Source: Leptonemataceae bacterium (GTDB lineage: Bacteria > Spirochaetota > Leptospiria > Leptospirales > Leptonemataceae). From it: a stretch of DNA of 64,000 bases. The position numbers were made by a program, and so were the translations under genes. This document shows, in pieces, positions 60,280 to 64,000 of the stretch (positions within the stretch are counted from its first letter, which is position 1; each line of letters starts with the position of its first letter). Under the pieces are notes generated by a model that saw only the letters and a list, made by a program, of their open reading frames with translations, did no database searches and was not told the origin of the DNA. The stretch lies in NCBI GenBank assembly GCA_965227295.1, contig OZ245742.1, forward strand, positions 5,472,001-5,536,000, read 5' to 3'.

Positions 60280-61725
60280 TTAGATGGAAGAACGGGAGTT
60301 GTTCAGATAGCGCAGGACTTCGTCGTAGATGCCGCCGGGCTCCGCGAGGGCAGCGTGCTGGCGAACCGCCGCAAACCACTCGCGACATGAAGGCAGCACG
60401 CGACTCACCGCGTCGAGAAGATCGTTGGTGTTGAGCGGTTCGGCGCGGCCGCTCTGAATGGCCGTGCCCAGCTTCCGTTCGACGGCGGTATCCACCACGG
60501 CGGAGAGGTCCGCCCCGGAGAACTCCGCCGTGCGCGCGGCCACCTCCTCCAGGTCGATCAGCAAACGGCCGTCCTCATCGATATCCACCGGCCGGTCGCG
60601 CAGCAGGATTTCCAGGATGTTGCGCCTGGCCGCCAGGTCCGGCGGCGGTACAAACAGAAAACGATCGAAACGTCCCGGGCGGCGCAGCGCCGGGTCCAGG
60701 TGCCAGGGCGCGCTCGTGGCGCCGAGAATGAGAATGCCTTCGTTGTCCGAGTCCACCCCGTCCAGTTCGGTAAGGAACTGCGATACCACCGGCCGCAAAC
60801 CGGAACGGCGCAGACCGCTACGGCTGGCGCCCAGGGCTTCGACTTCGTCAAAAAAGAGGACACAGGGACGATGGATGCGGGCCTGCTCGAAGAGATCGTG
60901 CAGATTGCGTTCGCTCTGCCCCATCCACATATCGAGGACATCGCCCGGCCCCACGCTGATAAATCCGCCGCGCACTTCCCCGGCCGTCGCGCGCGCGAGC
61001 AGCGTTTTGCCGCAGCCGGGCGGCCCGAAGAGCAACAAGCCGCCACCGGCCTTTTTGCCGTAGGCCTCGTACAGATCCGCATGCAGCGCGGGATATACGA
61101 TCTTCAGACGGATGGCTTCTTTGAGATCGTCCATGCCGCCGACGTCCTGGAAATCCACGCTGGATCGCGCGATATCGGCTTCGTCCAGGTCCTGGTTTTC
61201 CTCGGCCGGAAAGAGACGCGTTACCGGCGGACTTTCCGCGGCAAAGAACGACGCCATATCTCCGGCTTGCTCCGAAAAAACGTCCGAGGCAAGATCCTCC
61301 GGCGATACAAAGGGACTCTCCGCCAGCTCCGTTTCCACCAGCGAAGGATAACGACGCAGGGCGCGACGAAAGGCCAGTCGCGCCGCTTCGAATTGATTCG
61401 TGACGATTAACAGACGAATGTGCAGAATCTCCACACGCTGCGACGCCTCGCCCGGACGCTCCAGGAGATCCTCCACGAGCACGAGGGATTCCGGATAGCG
61501 CTTTTGTACGTAAAAGCACTGAGCCAGGCCGAGCTTCAGGCGTTCGTGATGTGAGTCCAGGTCGAGTCCCGCGCGGTACTCGCGCTCCGCTTCTTCCACC
61601 CGATGATGTGTAAGCAGAGTTTCCGCAAGATGGAGACGTAATTCCGGATTCTTCGGAGAACGTCGTACGGCATCAAGCAGAACAACGATGGAGTCCGGTT
61701 CGGGATAACGTGCAGAAGAGTCCAT
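60280..61725 (-). CDS. TPR-AAA+ ATPase (single AAA module)
   Basis: N-terminal TPRs; GPPGCGKT, FFDEVE, SRH LDPALRRPGRFDR. Confidence 0.92.
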   Translation of the reverse strand: MDSSARYPEPDSIVVLLDAVRRSPKNPELRLHLAETLLTHHRVEEAEREYRAGLDLDSHHERLKLGLAQCFYVQKRYPESLVLVEDLLERPGEASQRVEILHIRLLIVTNQFEAARLAFRRALRRYPSLVETELAESPFVSPEDLASDVFSEQAGDMASFFAAESPPVTRLFPAEENQDLDEADIARSSVDFQDVGGMDDLKEAIRLKIVYPALHADLYEAYGKKAGGGLLLFGPPGCGKTLLARATAGEVRGGFISVGPGDVLDMWMGQSERNLHDLFEQARIHRPCVLFFDEVEALGASRSGLRRSGLRPVVSQFLTELDGVDSDNEGILILGATSAPWHLDPALRRPGRFDRFLFVPPPDLAARRNILEILLRDRPVDIDEDGRLLIDLEEVAARTAEFSGADLSAVVDTAVERKLGTAIQSGRAEPLNTNDLLDAVSRVLPSCREWFAAVRQHAALAEPGGIYDEVLRYLNNSRSSI

Positions 61726-61860
61726 GCAGGATAGAAACGATGCGCGGATGGTGTTGCAGTGTCAAGCGGGTTGAAGGTTTTCCAAAAAGAAATCACCTTA
61801 CAACATGTTTGCGGCTTTACCGGAGCGAAAACTTTTCTTTATGTGAAGAACGCATTGTTT

Positions 61861-62844
61861 ATGTCGCGCGAAACAAAGACAATCCTCGTACGCAACTCGT
61901 TCGTTGTGGACAAGCACGAAGACGGCAACCGCATCGATGCAGTTCTCACGGGGCGTTTTCCGCAGTTTACGCGCTCGCAGTGGCAGGAACGCATTCGCGC
62001 CGGCGACGTAAGTGTGGCGGAACGTCGCATTCGGCCGTCGCGCCGCCTCGCCGTGGGCGAAATCGTGCAATACGAATTCCGGCGGCGGCCGGAGCCCAAT
62101 GTAAACCGCAACTTCGCAGTCATCTATGAAGACGAGAGTCTACTGGTAGTGGATAAGCCGGGTGATCTTCCGGTGCATCCCTCGGGAGTGTATCACGAAA
62201 ACACGCTCTATGTTCTACTCAAAGAACGTTACGGCCCGGACTTCGTTGTGCACCTGGTGCATCGCCTGGATCGTGAAACCAGCGGCCTGTTGCTGCTCGC
62301 CAAACACGCCCGGGCCGCTCGCGAACTCCAGGCGGCTTTCATCGAACGACGCGTGGAAAAAATCTATCTCAGCATCGTCGAAGATTCGCGGTCGAGTTTT
62401 CCGGGGTATCTGGACGCGAACGGATGGATCTTTGCAGGCCGCGCCGGTGCGGTGCGCAAAAAACGCAGCTTCGCGTACGAACGCCCCGCGTCACCGGACA
62501 CCGAATTCGTGCAGGCCGCGCGTACGGAATTTCATCTGGAGCGTCGTTCCGGCGGATTGTCTTTGATACGAGCGACTCTGCACAGTGGACGCATGCATCA
62601 AATCCGCGCGACGTTATGTTCCCTCGGCTATCCAGTGGTCGGCGATCGAATCTACGGCGTCGATGAATCGCTCTACTTAAAGATGATCGACGACCTGGAG
62701 GACGAAGCGGATCGCCGACGGCTGCGTCTGTCGCGCACGGCCCTGCACGCACACGAGTTGCGACTCAAACATCCGGACAACGGACGGGACCTGGCGTTTG
62801 CCTCGGACCTGCCGGCGGAAATGGCCGCCCTGATGCAAACCTAA
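61861..62844 (+). CDS. RluA/RluD family pseudouridine synthase with S4 domain
   Basis: RID..L...TRSQWQ S4 domain; DKPGDLPVHP, VHRLDRETSG, GRMHQIR, VGDRIYG. Confidence 0.93.
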   Translation: MSRETKTILVRNSFVVDKHEDGNRIDAVLTGRFPQFTRSQWQERIRAGDVSVAERRIRPSRRLAVGEIVQYEFRRRPEPNVNRNFAVIYEDESLLVVDKPGDLPVHPSGVYHENTLYVLLKERYGPDFVVHLVHRLDRETSGLLLLAKHARAARELQAAFIERRVEKIYLSIVEDSRSSFPGYLDANGWIFAGRAGAVRKKRSFAYERPASPDTEFVQAARTEFHLERRSGGLSLIRATLHSGRMHQIRATLCSLGYPVVGDRIYGVDESLYLKMIDDLEDEADRRRLRLSRTALHAHELRLKHPDNGRDLAFASDLPAEMAALMQT

Positions 62845-62849
62845 AACGC

Positions 62850-63662
62850 TCAGGAATCGCGCACGAATACGCAGAACAGCGCCCCGCTGCGTTCTTGAAA
62901 CTTCGAACGGCCGGCATCCGCATAGGTCTCCCGCAAACGCCATCCACCGGCGGCGGCCAGGTCGGCCAGTTCCTCCCGGTGAAAGACACGCATGACGTGC
63001 TCTTCCCGAAACCGCGCGCCGCCCGGGCTTAGCTTATACTCATGTGATATTACCGTGAACGCGGCACTGCCGTCCCGGCGCATGCCGTACATGCGCCGCT
63101 CCCGCTCCAGGCGGCGGCCGTCGGCAAGCTGCACGGCAACCCTGCGCGCCGGAGTCTCCGGCGCCGAAGATCCCAGGCGCTCGTACGGACCGCGATGCCA
63201 GACCTCGCAGGCGAAGATCCCTCCGGGAACGATGACTTCCGCAAGAGAGACAAAGGCCGCGCAAATGGCCGGGTCGTCGTGCAGGTAACCCAGGGTTCCG
63301 AAGAGACTGAAGCCGGCATGGTACGCCGCCGCATGAGTGGAAGTGTTCAGGGTGCGGATGTCGGCAACGTGAAAGGTACGTTCCGGAAAACTACGTCGCG
63401 CGAGCGCAATCATTTCCGGCGAGAGGTCCGCACCCTCGCAGTCGAAGCCGGCCCGGCCCAACGCGCCCACGTGCTCGCCGCCGGCACAGCCTGCATCCAG
63501 GATTTGGTACTGATGACGTTCGACGGAACGGCGACGACTCCGCTGCTGGACCGCACGCTCCTCGTCAAACAACGCGGCCAGGCCGGCCGCGTCCCTGCGC
63601 AAAGATGCGGTGCGATTTTCCAGCGCGAAGTAGTGGGTCGCCAGTTCGTGAAAGAGGCGCAC
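62850..63662 (-). CDS. Class I SAM-dependent methyltransferase
   Basis: ILDAGCAGG, GADLSPEM, PGGIF; GTG start chosen. Confidence 0.85.
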   Translation of the reverse strand: MRLFHELATHYFALENRTASLRRDAAGLAALFDEERAVQQRSRRRSVERHQYQILDAGCAGGEHVGALGRAGFDCEGADLSPEMIALARRSFPERTFHVADIRTLNTSTHAAAYHAGFSLFGTLGYLHDDPAICAAFVSLAEVIVPGGIFACEVWHRGPYERLGSSAPETPARRVAVQLADGRRLERERRMYGMRRDGSAAFTVISHEYKLSPGGARFREEHVMRVFHREELADLAAAGGWRLRETYADAGRSKFQERSGALFCVFVRDS

Positions 63663-63679
63663 GCTCCGGCGTACTGTGA

Positions 63680-64000
63680 TTACTCGTCGTCGTCGAGAAG
63701 AATCTCTATGCCGCGGTGCGTCAGCTCTCGATGTCGGCGTACGGTGGCAATGATGCCTTCGCGTGTCCGCCATTCCGAGAAGTGTTCTCCGGCATGAACG
63801 TAACTCTGATGGAAGGTCCAGTCGTGATAGCCCGCGCGGACCAGACGCAGGGCGTCTCTGAGAACGGCGATGTGTTCGACGGCGCGCGACAACGCTTCGT
63901 AAGTACTCACGTCCCGCTCCAGGGGACGCACCGGTTGCTCCCGCAGCAGTTCGTACAGAAAGACTTCGAAGCTCAGCGCGTGAGTGCGCCGGTCGAAGCC
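63680..64000 (-). CDS. Hypothetical protein, 5'-truncated by the window edge
   Basis: Frame is open from 64000 to the stop at 63680. Confidence 0.6.
   Translation of the reverse strand, partial: GFDRRTHALSFEVFLYELLREQPVRPLERDVSTYEALSRAVEHIAVLRDALRLVRAGYHDWTFHQSYVHAGEHFSEWRTREGIIATVRRHRELTHRGIEILLDDDE

Overview
A GC-rich bacterial chromosome segment, most likely from a Leptospirales/Leptospiraceae-like spirochaete (OmpL1-like porin; LipL71/LruA-like LysM lipoprotein next to a STAS anti-sigma antagonist and tgt). It holds about 55 mostly housekeeping, envelope and lipid-metabolism genes (leuS, tgt, map, aceE-aceF-lpdA, aconitase, RNase HI, two RluA-type pseudouridine synthases, two M23 peptidases, desaturase, acyl-CoA dehydrogenase, 7TM hybrid kinase, class III cyclase), one tRNA-Arg(CCG), and the end of a phage-tail-like locus at the left edge. 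The most striking unexplained signal is a dispersed family of seven 107-188 bp intergenic hairpin elements. Their arms are built from three tandem CCGAG(G) units (ACTCCGAGGACCGAGGNNCCGAG ... CTCGGNNCCTCGGTCCTCGGAGT), their cores are divergent but mostly self-complementary, and each starts just after a stop codon. No transposase is in the window. Degenerate solo arms also occur, two of which may bracket a lower-GC pseudogenised lipoprotein gene. Other notable items are a multi-stem GCTACGC-loop element upstream of aceE, a candidate leader-peptide attenuator before an EamA transporter, and a tandem HhH-like/TM/LysM protein. All calls are by eye from motifs; no searches or folding were run.
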